A stretch of 62,616 nucleotides of DNA, filler included, from Candidatus Desantisbacteria bacterium CG1_02_49_89 (lineage in GTDB: Bacteria > Desantisbacteria > UBA1551): the NCBI GenBank assembly GCA_001871075.1. It is 5 parts of 5 records of this genome, joined end to end, with 100 filler letters (N's around TTAATTAATTAA, not from the genome) between each part and the next. Parts side by side here need not be neighbours in the genome. Positions count along the whole stretch, not along the records: positions 1 to 23,109 come from MNUP01000095.1; 4 more parts are not named here. The stretch is one strand, 5' to 3'. Position numbers and translations under genes: made by a program. Below the pieces are notes generated by a model, which ran no database searches, was not told where the DNA came from, and was given only the letters and a program-made list of their open reading frames with translations. Shown here piece after piece: positions 12,001 through 22,046 of the stretch (the first letter of the stretch is position 1; each line of letters opens with the position of its first letter).

Positions 12001-14667
12001 AAGCGTCTCTGAAACAGCTGTGCTTGTGCAGAGTATCGCTTCCCTGTAAACGACCCTTGTTTCCCCGTTTATTATGACCCTGGGGTCGCCGAACCCGTGA
12101 TAAACACGTATCCTGTTCGATGTGGCTATGGGCTTGCCGTCAAGGCTACGGTACGTAAAATAGGTAGAGCTGTCATAATTCAACCCCTGCCAGGAAAGCG
12201 CGTGGAACGCGATGAAGTTCGGGGCTTCTATAACGAACCCGTATGGCGGCAGTTTTGCGACGGAAGCGTCCAGGCAGGTATAGTCGTAGTCGCCTGACCC
12301 GGTATTGTACCCCACGCGCACAGCGCCTGAGCCGAACGTGATCCTTCGAACCATGTAATCCGGGGTTAAAAATTCGTAATTCGTTATGAGCATTTTCGCG
12401 GTAAGCTCGTGCAGGGGTGAAAGGAATTCGTGGGTGTTCTTGAAGAACCTGTCGAAAATATACATCCCTTCAGCCCAGCCGTTGTCAGCGCGGCAGAAAA
12501 CCGCTTTGTTCGTGGTGTCCACAGTGGTCGTGTCAGGGGGCACAAAGGTAATAGTGGGCCCGGCGCTGAGAACAATATACCCGGCCCTGTAGCGCAGGGT
12601 GCCGTCGTCATCCCCCTGCAGGCTTGCGCGCTGGCCGGAGGAAGGTTCAAATAAACCCATGGATATTGTATAGGTATCAGGCCCCGGGGACGGAATAGTC
12701 ACGTTGTACGGGCCGTCTATATAAGTTCCCACGGTCCATTCGTTCGTCGGGGGTGTAAGCCCGTGGTCGTTCTGGAAATCGGCAGTGCCGCCGGTCAGCG
12801 GGGTCGTCTCGAAATGGATGAAACTGGTAACGTTCGAGTTAATTTCCCCGAATACGTCCCATTTATAGGTTATCTGAAAGGTATTTGTGCCTGTCTGCGT
12901 CGCGCTCTGCACGCCGGGTGAGATCGGCAGGATAAAAGACGTATCCAGGGTCTTCCAGAAAAGATGATTGTTCCCGAAATTGCTATGGTAGTTCAGCGGG
13001 AACCCGCCGCTTAAATGGTACATAACATAGGGTGCGGCGCCTGTAACTCCGTAACCATATTTCCCGTAAGGCACAACGCAGTCGTGGTAAACCATCGAGA
13101 AAAGCGGAATGTCTATGGCGCCGGCTGCGTCCAGCGGGTTCATGTCATAATTGTATTTCCCCGCGGCGCCGCCTATTCCTTCAAAGAAGGTCGCGTGCGG
13201 CACAGCCCATTCCCTTCCGTCCTCAGAACCCATGAAACCGAAAAGAGAGCGCTCGTAATCGCAGAGCTGCTGCTTGTAATACATATCGCCCCTGAGAGTC
13301 TCGGGGTGGGCAGGAGCAAAACATTCCATAAGCTCTGCCACGAAAGTAGTGTCCGTGAAGTAAAAGGTCGGATTAAACAGCTGTTTGACCATAGGCATGT
13401 TCTGGGGCCTTTGCGCCAGCTGCAGGCCCATCTGGGAGCAAATGAGCCAGCACCAGCCTCCAGCCCATTTGCCGCCCCTTACATAAGTTCCTGCCGGATT
13501 CTGGATAATATAATCATGGCTGTCTATTGAAGTGGCGTCATCATAATAATCCTGGTAATTGTCGTGGAACCCAAAAAGATAGTTAAGGTCCTCGCGTACC
13601 TTTTTTGAGGTTGCGGTTAGCGGTACATTCCCACCGCATTCAGGGGCTGCGGGCAGGATATCCGGGTGGCGGTTGTCATAACCGCGGTTGATCCACCCGC
13701 CTATCTGAAAAAGCACGTTCTCCGCCTGAAGATCGTTCTTAAAGTGATCTGCCACTTCCCCGACTTCTTGAAAAGTCCAGTCAATGCCCTTGCTCTGTTC
13801 AACATTGGACGCGTCGTTCATTGACCGCCACAGAGTGCCCCACAGCTTGACGCTTGACGCCCCGAAAAGTTTATCAAGGTTCCTGTCGTTCTTCTCATCC
13901 CATGTCAGAGCCCAGGTGTCATTTATCTCAGACCTGTACGTGCTGCATATGTTGTCCCAGTCACCCGTGCCAAGAAATACCAGCCTGATCCCTTTTTTCC
14001 CGGGAGGGGAATAAGCACCCCTGTAACTATAGATCGTGGATGAAAGGGTCTGGGTCCCGGAACCTGTGGTTGAACGGACATTGGGCCAGATATAAGGATC
14101 TTCCCATCGCGCCAGGACAGCTGAGCCGTTCTTTGAAGCTCCCATCATCGCGATATCGCAGCCGCCCCTGTATGTGTAAAAATCCCAGGAAAAGCTCTTG
14201 CTGCTGTCAGCGGGCAGCAAAATCCCCATCCTCAGGGGTATGAGCATATACCCGTTGTCAGCCTGCCTTGTCCACAAGCCGTCCTCAACCAGCTGTATCC
14301 AGTCAAGAGTGGTCCCGGTAGTGTCATATGATATATTCATAGCGTTGTTCGCTATATCCATATATATAGTTATGCTGTAGGTGACGCTTGTCAGCGTGAC
14401 CCTTGTAGCGGTAGTGCCCAGGGAAAAGTTGTTAAGCACAGTGGTGCCAACCCCCGTCCTGTAGCACAACCCGAACCTGGCGTTATAGATGTTTGAAGAC
14501 CAGGTCTCGTTGGTCGCCTTGTCCATAACGCCCCAGGTGCCGTTGGTATTCACGGTCAGGCGTATGTTGGCGTTCTCGATCATCACTGCCCCCGCCGTTC
14601 CCGCGGCGAAGACTGCCACTGAGATTAATATTATCCCAATAAGTGTTTTAAACAACAATTTATTCAT
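1..14667 (-). CDS. Giant secreted multidomain protein (at least 4,889 codons, 3' end beyond window): signal peptide, GH129/DUF5696-like glycoside hydrolase, ~3 CBM-like domains, Big_1-like Ig, ~5 LamG, unnamed Ig-like repeats, DUF11-like domain at the window edge; one internal in-frame TAA at 7627-7629
   Basis: ORF 7627..14763, likely start MNKLLFK at 14667 with a signal peptide. Motif GGWINRGYDNRHPDILPAAPECGG...FGFHDNYQDYY is GH129-like. The same frame continues after the TAA (NTYTTSDTKILKTNVYLPD...). Manual translation of 1-240 in that frame gives VLTSKVQMNLRSGETG...DTVEYTVYISNTGTETAT...VDTRSFDTSVNN. The ORF track lists no closed ORF in this frame below 7627, consistent with it staying open to base 1. 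Confidence 0.85.
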
Positions 14668-14866
14668 AATCTTTTGCCACTGAGAGCACTGAATTCGCTG
14701 AGTTCTGTAACTCAGGGCTTCTCGAAGACCCGCCTCCGCCTTAAGAATTGGCGGATGCGCCAATATTTAAGGTGCAAATCTTTAAGGAGGGAGCCCTCAT
14801 ATCAAACCTAAAGGTTTGAGTTACGATAAACATTCCTTGCAGTTACTCTGACACGTTGACACGCTT

Positions 14867-17800
14867 TTATTCTATGATCTCTTCTTTCGCGACTGTCCAG
14901 ACCTTGTTCCATATTTTTATCTGCTGCCCGCCGAAGCCGTGGAATACGCGTATCTTCGTTGACTGGTCTACAGGGCTCCCATCAAGGCTCCTTATCGTGA
15001 ACAGCGCCGATTTATCGTATTTCACCCCGTTGTATGAAAGCGCGTGGAACGCGATATACTGCGGCGATTCAACAATGAAGCCGAACGGCGGCAGCAGCGC
15101 CTTGCTCCCGTCCCTGCACTTATACTCGTAATCCTTATCACCTGCGTTCACGGTCACAAACACTTCATTGTTCCCGAACACGCTCCTCCTGACCTTGTAA
15201 TCAGCGGTCAGGAACTCGTAATCCGTAATGTTCATCCTTGCGGTGAGCTCGTGCAAAGGCGAAAGTACTTCGTGTGTGTTTTTCAGGAATATATCCGTTG
15301 TGCACATCCCCTCAGCCCAGCCATTATCAGACCTGCAGAACACGCTTTTGTCCGGGCCTGCCGCGATAACCACGGACGGCTCGAATATAATGCTGTCCCC
15401 CTCAACTTTCAGGTATCCAATCCTGAACCTGCGCTCCCCGTCATTGTCCCCCTCAAGAAGTTCCCTTACCATTGTTTTAGGGTCAAAAAGCCCTACCATA
15501 ACCTGGAATGTCCCTTTAAGACCTTCCGGCACCTTCACAGTGAAAGGGCGTTCTTCAATCGTTCCTGAATCCCATTTGCTTGTCGGCTTTGTCAGATTGT
15601 GGTCGTTCTGGAACTTTATCGCGCCTGCCGAGTCGCAGAAATGCACGAACGCTGTCAGGTCCCTGTCGATCTTGCCCCTTACCCTCCACGCGTATTTTAT
15701 AGAGAACTTATTTATATCTTTCTGCACAACTTCCTTAATAAAAGGGGTTATGGGCAGAGCGCCTGCTTTTTCGCTCTTCCAGTAAAGGTGCGCGCCAAGC
15801 GAATGGTAGTGCAGCGTGTAACCCCCGCTTAAGTGGTAGAGCACGTAATCAGCGGCACTTGACCAGTCATACCCGTATTTCCCGTAGATCGCGATGCAGT
15901 CGTGATAGACCATTGAGAACAGCGGTATCTCAATGCCGCCCACGCTTGCAAGCAAGCCCTGGTTGTGGTAATACCTGCCGCTTACCCCGCCGATACCCTC
16001 AAAGAATTCGGAGTGCGGCACAGCCCATTCTTTCCCGTCCTCAGAACCGAATATGCCGAACAAAGAACGGCTGTAGTCGCCCAGCTCCTGTTTGTATTTC
16101 ATGTCGTCCCACTTTGTAAGCGGGTGGTCTGGGCTGTGGCATTCAATCAGGCCTGCGGCGAAAGTCGTGTCAATAAAATACGCGGTGGGATCAAACAATT
16201 TTTTGACCTCTGGCAGGTTTGTCTGCCGGCGTTTCGCGAGTTCAAGCGCTTTCTTCGAGCAGGTTATATACGCTAATCCACCGTTCCACACCCCTCCCCT
16301 TAATAGATTCCCCCTTGCGTCACGCATTATATATTCTTCTGAAAACGAAGGGGCATCCGCGTACATATCCTGGTAATTGTCGTGGAAGCAGAATAAATAA
16401 CCCAGGCCTTTCACCCGCTTTGAGCAGTCTGCAAGCGCCTCGTTTCCCCCGCACGCCGGAGCCACCGGAAGTATATCCGGATGCTGGTTATCATAACCCG
16501 TAGTGGTCCACCCGCCCAGTATGAAAAGCGCCTTGTCTATCTTCAGGTCGTTCTTAATATGCTCTGCGACCTGAGCCGCCTCATCAAAAGTCCAGGTCAT
16601 CGCCCTGCCTCTTTCCTGCGTGCTCTCCGCATTCATGAACCTCGCGAAACAGGACCATAACTTGATATTGGACGCGCCCAGTAGCTTTGCCGTACCGGGG
16701 TTCTTATTTATCTTCTCATCCCAGTTTGAATACCACCCTTTTTCCTTTGCTTCCTTTATATATGCCTGCCCGATCGTCCCTGCCCCGCCTTTTCCGAGAA
16801 AAATCAATCTTATTGATTTCGCTGACTTCTTCAGGGTGAACGAGGTGGAAACTATCTGGCTTCCCGGGATGATCTTTGAATCTTCAAATCTGGATTTGAG
16901 TTCCGGCTCAACGTAAGGGTCATGCCAGGAGATCAAAAGCGCTGAACCCTGTTTCACCATTCCCATCATCTCCATGTCACAGCCCTCATATTCGAAGGAG
17001 TTGAACCGCTTTGAAAAAACGATCCCGTTGTCAGCCGGTATCAGCATTCCCATCCTTGAAGGCACCAGAGCGTACCCCTTGTCGCTGTCCGTCACCCATG
17101 GAGAATTTTCGAGAAGCCTGATCGACTCCACTTCCACGCCTCGTCCCTTTTCCTCCCCCTGAATGGGGGAGGATTGAGGTGGGGGTGACAAATCATAGGA
17201 AAATTCAACTGTTCTGCCATCCTGCAATATTTTTATAATTACCGCCAGGCCTTCTGCGCTTTCAAGTTTCATCATATCCGGTTCTTTAGAAATTTTTAGC
17301 TTATCCAGCATCACGAACTTCTTCTTCCCGCCGACATTCAGCATCGCGCTCCCGAACCCTTCCTGGTCCGGGCTGGAATGCCACGCAACCCCGCTCTGCT
17401 TGTCTAATATTTCCCAAATACCATTACTATTGACACTGATCTTCACTGATTCACTCTCTATGATTTGCGGATCCTTCAGTCTTTCACTTAATGCTTTTCT
17501 TCGTTTTTCAACTTGTAAACTCTGTAAACTTGTAAACTGTCTTTTTACAGTTTCTGCCTTCTTATCTATTGTGATTTGGCCCGCATACTCGTCGCAGAAC
17601 CTTACGTGCGGCTCCCACTGGTAAACCCCGATATGCATATAATACGTTCCCTCTTCTGCGTTTGAAGGTATCTGGACAGTGTAAGGGCCGTCAGTGATTA
17701 TCTTCCCCGGCTCCCAGGCGACCGTAGGCACAAGCGGCTCGTGGTCCTGCTGGAACTTTATCTTGTCGCAGCCCTTGTCCGGGAATTCAAAGTGCACGAA

Positions 17801-18031
17801 AACCTTGTATTCGTTCTCCGCCGTCTCCGACCCGTCATTCCTGAATTTAATCGTGTACTCAACTATGTCCCCGGGCCGCGCTTTCTGCGGCATTATATTA
17901 ACGCTCTCGATGACCGGCTTAAAATCTTCCATCGCGCATGCCTCCTTAACCGTAGGAGCGTGATTTATCACGCCCGAAACGCTTACTATCAACACAGTGG
18001 CCAGTAAAAGAAATAATAATTTAGATTTCAA
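14867..18031 (-). CDS. Secreted GH129/DUF5696-like glycoside hydrolase with an N-terminal and an inserted Ig-like domain; paralogue of the giant protein's N-terminus
   Basis: GGWTTTGYDNQHPDILPVAPACGG...FCFHDNYQDMY; extensive similarity to the first ~900 residues of the neighbour; likely TTG start after GGAGG (ORF track start 18052). Confidence 0.8.
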   Translation of the reverse strand: MKSKLLFLLLATVLIVSVSGVINHAPTVKEACAMEDFKPVIESVNIMPQKARPGDIVEYTIKFRNDGSETAENEYKVFVHFEFPDKGCDKIKFQQDHEPLVPTVAWEPGKIITDGPYTVQIPSNAEEGTYYMHIGVYQWEPHVRFCDEYAGQITIDKKAETVKRQFTSLQSLQVEKRRKALSERLKDPQIIESESVKISVNSNGIWEILDKQSGVAWHSSPDQEGFGSAMLNVGGKKKFVMLDKLKISKEPDMMKLESAEGLAVIIKILQDGRTVEFSYDLSPPPQSSPIQGEEKGRGVEVESIRLLENSPWVTDSDKGYALVPSRMGMLIPADNGIVFSKRFNSFEYEGCDMEMMGMVKQGSALLISWHDPYVEPELKSRFEDSKIIPGSQIVSTSFTLKKSAKSIRLIFLGKGGAGTIGQAYIKEAKEKGWYSNWDEKINKNPGTAKLLGASNIKLWSCFARFMNAESTQERGRAMTWTFDEAAQVAEHIKNDLKIDKALFILGGWTTTGYDNQHPDILPVAPACGGNEALADCSKRVKGLGYLFCFHDNYQDMYADAPSFSEEYIMRDARGNLLRGGVWNGGLAYITCSKKALELAKRRQTNLPEVKKLFDPTAYFIDTTFAAGLIECHSPDHPLTKWDDMKYKQELGDYSRSLFGIFGSEDGKEWAVPHSEFFEGIGGVSGRYYHNQGLLASVGGIEIPLFSMVYHDCIAIYGKYGYDWSSAADYVLYHLSGGYTLHYHSLGAHLYWKSEKAGALPITPFIKEVVQKDINKFSIKYAWRVRGKIDRDLTAFVHFCDSAGAIKFQNDHNLTKPTSKWDSGTIEERPFTVKVPEGLKGTFQVMVGLFDPKTMVRELLEGDNDGERRFRIGYLKVEGDSIIFEPSVVIAAGPDKSVFCRSDNGWAEGMCTTDIFLKNTHEVLSPLHELTARMNITDYEFLTADYKVRRSVFGNNEVFVTVNAGDKDYEYKCRDGSKALLPPFGFIVESPQYIAFHALSYNGVKYDKSALFTIRSLDGSPVDQSTKIRVFHGFGGQQIKIWNKVWTVAKEEIIE

Positions 18032-18298
18032 TTGTTCCTCCGATAACTGCATTTTTTACAGGGATTCAGCGGGATTTACAATACAGTCATTTGTCATTAG
18101 TCATGAGCCATGGGTTTAAAACCAAAAAAAGTATTTATCCGTGTTAATCCGTGGTTAAAAAAGCAGAAGGTTTCTCTGTGTCTCCGTGCCTCTGTGGTGA
18201 TTCTTTCGTGCCTTCGTGATACTTTCGTGCTTTCGTGGAAATCTTTAACTTTTCCCGAAGGGATCCCTTTGGGACAGCTTTCAGCTTTGAGCTTTCAG

Positions 18299-18499
18299 CT
18301 ATTTGAGCCACGGCGCCCCGTAGTAATCCGTCAGCTGCTTGTTCATTATTTCCCTTGTAACAAAACCAAGCCTTACCAGGGTTTCGCCAAGCGTCCTGCC
18401 GGTCACCTTCTGGTTCGAGAGCCCTTCCTTGAGCTGCTGCTCTGTTATTACTCCTTTTTCTATCAGCGTCTCTCCGAACTTTTTCTTCTTCTCTTCCAT
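18299..18499 (-). CDS. Small stand-alone MshEN/GSPII_N-like protein (66 aa)
   Basis: Tandem motifs KFGETLIEKGVITEQQLKEGLSNQ and TLGETLVRLGFVT match the RLGxxLxxxGxIxxxQLxxxLxxQ pattern; ATG at 18499. Confidence 0.65.
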   Translation of the reverse strand: MEEKKKKFGETLIEKGVITEQQLKEGLSNQKVTGRTLGETLVRLGFVTREIMNKQLTDYYGAPWLK

Positions 18500-18623
18500 T
18501 TCAACCCCCTGCCGGGAAATCTCTATATCAATATTAGATTGCTTCACTATCGTTCGCAATGACAGAAAGTATTAAATCTAGTGAAGATCGCGTGGAATCG
18601 TGTGGTTAAATTTTTCCGTGGTG

Positions 18624-19604
18624 TTATTTTATCGGAATTTCGCTCTGGCTCTTCGCGCTGCCGGTCGCGATAGTCAACATCCAGCTCATTGTTCCCTTTG
18701 CCGGGATTGGCATAAGCGTACCTTCCTTACTCCCCTGCTCAAGGGTTTCAACCCCGCAGTTCGTGGGCTCAAGCCCGGCGTTAAAATGAAGGTCGTTCCC
18801 GCCGGGAAACCCGCATTGCGTTATCCAGATGCCTATATACGGGATCTTGTCCTTCGGGTAATAGTACATCAGGTATTCCTTTGAATTCGGCTCGTAGAAC
18901 CCGCACCAGCCTTCAGGAACTATGCCGGTGAAAAGCTTGCGCGCGAGCTTTGTTGAAGAATCTCCGAAAGGAGCGGACATTATCGCGCCTTTCTCCGTGA
19001 ATGTCCAGGGAGAAGAGTCTCCTTTTAGCACCGTGCCTTTCGGGAAGAGCATTTCCATTCCCGGGCTGATAGCCGCAAGGTAATGCGCCGCCCATAACGC
19101 CTTGAAAGGCTCGGGAGCGTAATTCGTGACCTTGTACATTATCCTTACTCTGTTCTTGGCAAGGATTATGGTTTTTTCAAAAAGGTAAGGGAAGCGCATT
19201 CCGTGCACCCAAAATCTCGCAAGGCTAAAGCCTTGCCCTACTTTAATTTCATAATCCCAGGGCATCGCCCATATTTCCCCGTGGTCAGGCACTGTAATTT
19301 TTTTCCAGGCTCCGTCAGGATACGGGCACTGCCCCACCGTGGGGAAGCAATCGTCAAATCCGCTGATGTCATAGTTCGTGAAAGTCGCAGCATAGGGCGG
19401 GAGCTTGTACGGCTTGGGATTGTGCCATGCCCAATCCCTTCCTGTAGGCTTATATACGAAGGAAGCAATATTGGCTCCCCTGCCGGGAAGGACGATCAAT
19501 TTAAGCGTCTCATTCTCGATTTGCACCGCCTTAAGCCCGCGGTACTCAACTTCCTTGACCTCGGCAAAAACATTAATAGAACTAATTACCTGAAAAACGG
19601 ACAT
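18624..19604 (-). CDS. Aldose-1-epimerase/galactose-mutarotase-like protein; 5' end disrupted by a MITE
   Basis: IENETLKLIVLPGRGANIASF, SGFDDCFPTV, PDHGEIW, WAAH, GLEP motifs. The nearest ATG (19604) lies inside the MITE. Confidence 0.7.
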   Translation of the reverse strand: MSVFQVISSINVFAEVKEVEYRGLKAVQIENETLKLIVLPGRGANIASFVYKPTGRDWAWHNPKPYKLPPYAATFTNYDISGFDDCFPTVGQCPYPDGAWKKITVPDHGEIWAMPWDYEIKVGQGFSLARFWVHGMRFPYLFEKTIILAKNRVRIMYKVTNYAPEPFKALWAAHYLAAISPGMEMLFPKGTVLKGDSSPWTFTEKGAIMSAPFGDSSTKLARKLFTGIVPEGWCGFYEPNSKEYLMYYYPKDKIPYIGIWITQCGFPGGNDLHFNAGLEPTNCGVETLEQGSKEGTLMPIPAKGTMSWMLTIATGSAKSQSEIPIK

Positions 19605-19911
19605 TTTTGACAAATTTTCCGATGAGTGGGTGCTAATCCACAAAGTTCACATTTAGTGAGGTTTGTGGATTATGCCAAAAAAAGACTGTAAAAAATTCAA
19701 TTTTCCATCGATACAGATGGTCTTACTCAATTTGGAGGAACATCTTTTTTCATTAATTTTGCAAATACTAAAAGATTTTCAGTTTATATCCCCTCGGGCA
19801 ATACTATAATAAACAATATTTTTGTATTAAATTTTATTCAATTTGCAAATGAATTACATAATAATCCCGACGACGAGAGCTAAAAAGAAAGCTTTTTATC
19901 CGTTTTTCAGG
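19589..19911. mobile_element. MITE / internally deleted IS (possibly IS1380-like)
   Basis: Perfect 13-bp terminal inverted repeats CCTGAAAAACGGA (19589-19601) and TCCGTTTTTCAGG (19899-19911), flanked by direct repeat TAATTA. Internal fragment MPKKDCKKFNFSIDTDGLTQFGG resembles a transposase N-terminus (family call tentative). Confidence 0.75.
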
Positions 19912-19933
19912 TAATTAGAACCGTCCCCCGATT

Positions 19934-21826
19934 TTATAATTCTGATTTTAATAATCCGACATACTGAATTTGTTGCAGTAATAATTTCTTTCTTTCATTA
20001 ATGAATTCTTCAAATGAACTTATATCCCAATTCCCTTCCGGGATCATGTGAGTTTTAAATACTTCACCCCTTTTACTCCCTAGTCCTTCTACCCATTCAT
20101 TAAAAGGATCATCTAATTTTGTTCTGTTATCATAAAGAGGCACATATCTAATATTGTAAATTGAATTAATTTTGTCATCTGTAATACCAGCAGTTTTTAG
20201 TTCTGCCTTACAGAAAATATGGTCTTGTTCTGGTAAATTCTTTTTATATCTTGGTTTAAATTGAATTGAGTTTTTGTAAATTACTGAAAGAAAAAGATAG
20301 CTTTCCTTACTATTATATTTATATCCATCAATAATATTTTCTTTTAATTCCATGCTCTTATTAGAGCTTTCTATTGCAGATTCAATTATATCTGCAGGGA
20401 AAACTTCGGAGTTTTCATCAATTACCTGTTTACACTTATAGAGTATATTATCGGATTGCCCACCAAAAACACCACTTAATAACGCCTTAATCAACCAAGT
20501 TCTGATATTCGATAATTGAATGAGATCTCTATCGCCACTCAAAGATTTATATTTATTCTTAAATTTCCAATATATGATCGGTATTAATGCATTATAACTT
20601 GGAATAAGTTTTGGTGAATTAATAATGTATTCATCTAACTTATCTATTGTAAACTCAAAGGAAGATTTAATATCTTTCCAATTTTCTATCATTTTGCCTA
20701 TTTTATTTTGCGAGAAGTTGTTAACACTATATTTAATGTCATCGGATTTATCGGCTAAAATCACTAAATAACTTTTTAAAATAAAATCATTGTCAAAATC
20801 ATAATTATTTCCATTTAAATCGTCTAAAAGTTTTTTAAAACTTTCTCTTGCATCTGGCCAGTTTAATTTTATTCTTGAAAATAAAAGATCAGAATATCCT
20901 AATTTAACACCACCGGAATTGGCTCTAACAAAAATATCCAAAACTCGATCATAATCTTTTTCTCTGATAGGAAAATAGTTAATAGTTTTTTCTTGCATTA
21001 CTTGGTATAAATCATTAATATTATCCTTTATTCTCTGCTCCTTCTCTTTCTTGATACTTTTACCTTCCAAAATTTTATTGTAGAATTTTTCTTTATCGCT
21101 TGATTTACCTATATCGGCTTCAAATACCTTTTTTACATTAATCCATGCTTTGATACCAAACTCAATTCTCATAAATATTTCTTTAATTTTGGCTTCTTCT
21201 TTAGCACTCATTCGTCCTTTCCTTTTATAATAATTTCCTTCTCGCGAATATATTGCCTCTATTGTCTTTCTCGCATTATTTTCTAATAGTTCCCCCGAAA
21301 GATTATTTTCATACTCTATCTTATCTATCCTTTTTGGTATGTCCGCATCAAAATAAAATATTCCATTTTTTCCATCCTGAAATTTAAATTCAAACAGCAA
21401 ATTATCATCATTTTCTTTATCTCCACTTAATGCATTTAAATAAAGTTCCTTATCACATTCTTCTTTATCTTCCCAAAATCCACGCAATACAATATTGAAT
21501 GTAGTAAGTCTTTGTTGCCCATCTAAAACAAGCCAATATTCGTCTCGTTCTCTTGTTTTAAGTTTATCATTATTTTTCATATTACTGTTTAAAAAAGTAT
21601 ACATCTCTATACTAATATTTCTAGTTTTTTCGATTTCTTCAATTACATCTTTGGATAGTGTCCATATTAAAAACGTTCCTATTGGATATTTTCGCATCAG
21701 GGAATCAAACAATTTATAAACATCAAGCTCTTTCCAAACAAAAGGTCTTTGAATATCGGGCAAAAATGAATTTTTATTTACTTTGTCCATTATTGTACTT
21801 ATTGTTTCACTTATATATTCAGGCAT
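19934..21826 (-). CDS. DUF262 (GmrSD-like) protein, putative modification-dependent restriction/defence
   Basis: FLPDIQRPFVW...LFDSLMRKYPIGTFLIW, VLDGQQRLT, IFVRANSGG and a C-terminal EQDHIF motif; markedly AT-rich relative to flanks. Confidence 0.85.
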   Translation of the reverse strand: MPEYISETISTIMDKVNKNSFLPDIQRPFVWKELDVYKLFDSLMRKYPIGTFLIWTLSKDVIEEIEKTRNISIEMYTFLNSNMKNNDKLKTRERDEYWLVLDGQQRLTTFNIVLRGFWEDKEECDKELYLNALSGDKENDDNLLFEFKFQDGKNGIFYFDADIPKRIDKIEYENNLSGELLENNARKTIEAIYSREGNYYKRKGRMSAKEEAKIKEIFMRIEFGIKAWINVKKVFEADIGKSSDKEKFYNKILEGKSIKKEKEQRIKDNINDLYQVMQEKTINYFPIREKDYDRVLDIFVRANSGGVKLGYSDLLFSRIKLNWPDARESFKKLLDDLNGNNYDFDNDFILKSYLVILADKSDDIKYSVNNFSQNKIGKMIENWKDIKSSFEFTIDKLDEYIINSPKLIPSYNALIPIIYWKFKNKYKSLSGDRDLIQLSNIRTWLIKALLSGVFGGQSDNILYKCKQVIDENSEVFPADIIESAIESSNKSMELKENIIDGYKYNSKESYLFLSVIYKNSIQFKPRYKKNLPEQDHIFCKAELKTAGITDDKINSIYNIRYVPLYDNRTKLDDPFNEWVEGLGSKRGEVFKTHMIPEGNWDISSFEEFINERKKLLLQQIQYVGLLKSEL

Positions 21827-21852
21827 TTAACCTCCCTTTATAACATCAATTG

Positions 21853-22042
21853 ATCTGCCTTATCAATTTCTAAGTTTAAGCTATCTTATTATTCAAGCCA
21901 CTGAAGAATTCCAGCGTGGCGTTCCTCAAAGCACCGGTATTTTTCAGCCTAATTTTCTTTATAGCCGGTATATGAAAATATGCCGCTACAAGCACTCTAT
22001 TCTTCCCTCATCATAGAATTAATTAGAACCATCCCCCGATTT
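21853..22042 (-). repeat. ~190-bp direct repeat, copy 1, containing a mini-ORF resembling an AAA/SMC-type ATPase N-terminus
   Basis: Aligns by eye with 22686-22877; ends in AATTAGAACCATCCCCCGATT. Confidence 0.8.
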
Positions 22043-22046
22043 CTAA

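Noticed and set aside
14668-14763. N-terminal extensions in the ORF track (also 30032, 39964, 45134, 50308, 53453)
   Set aside because: They run through intergenic repeats or spacers; downstream starts with an RBS and/or a signal peptide or family N-terminus fit better.
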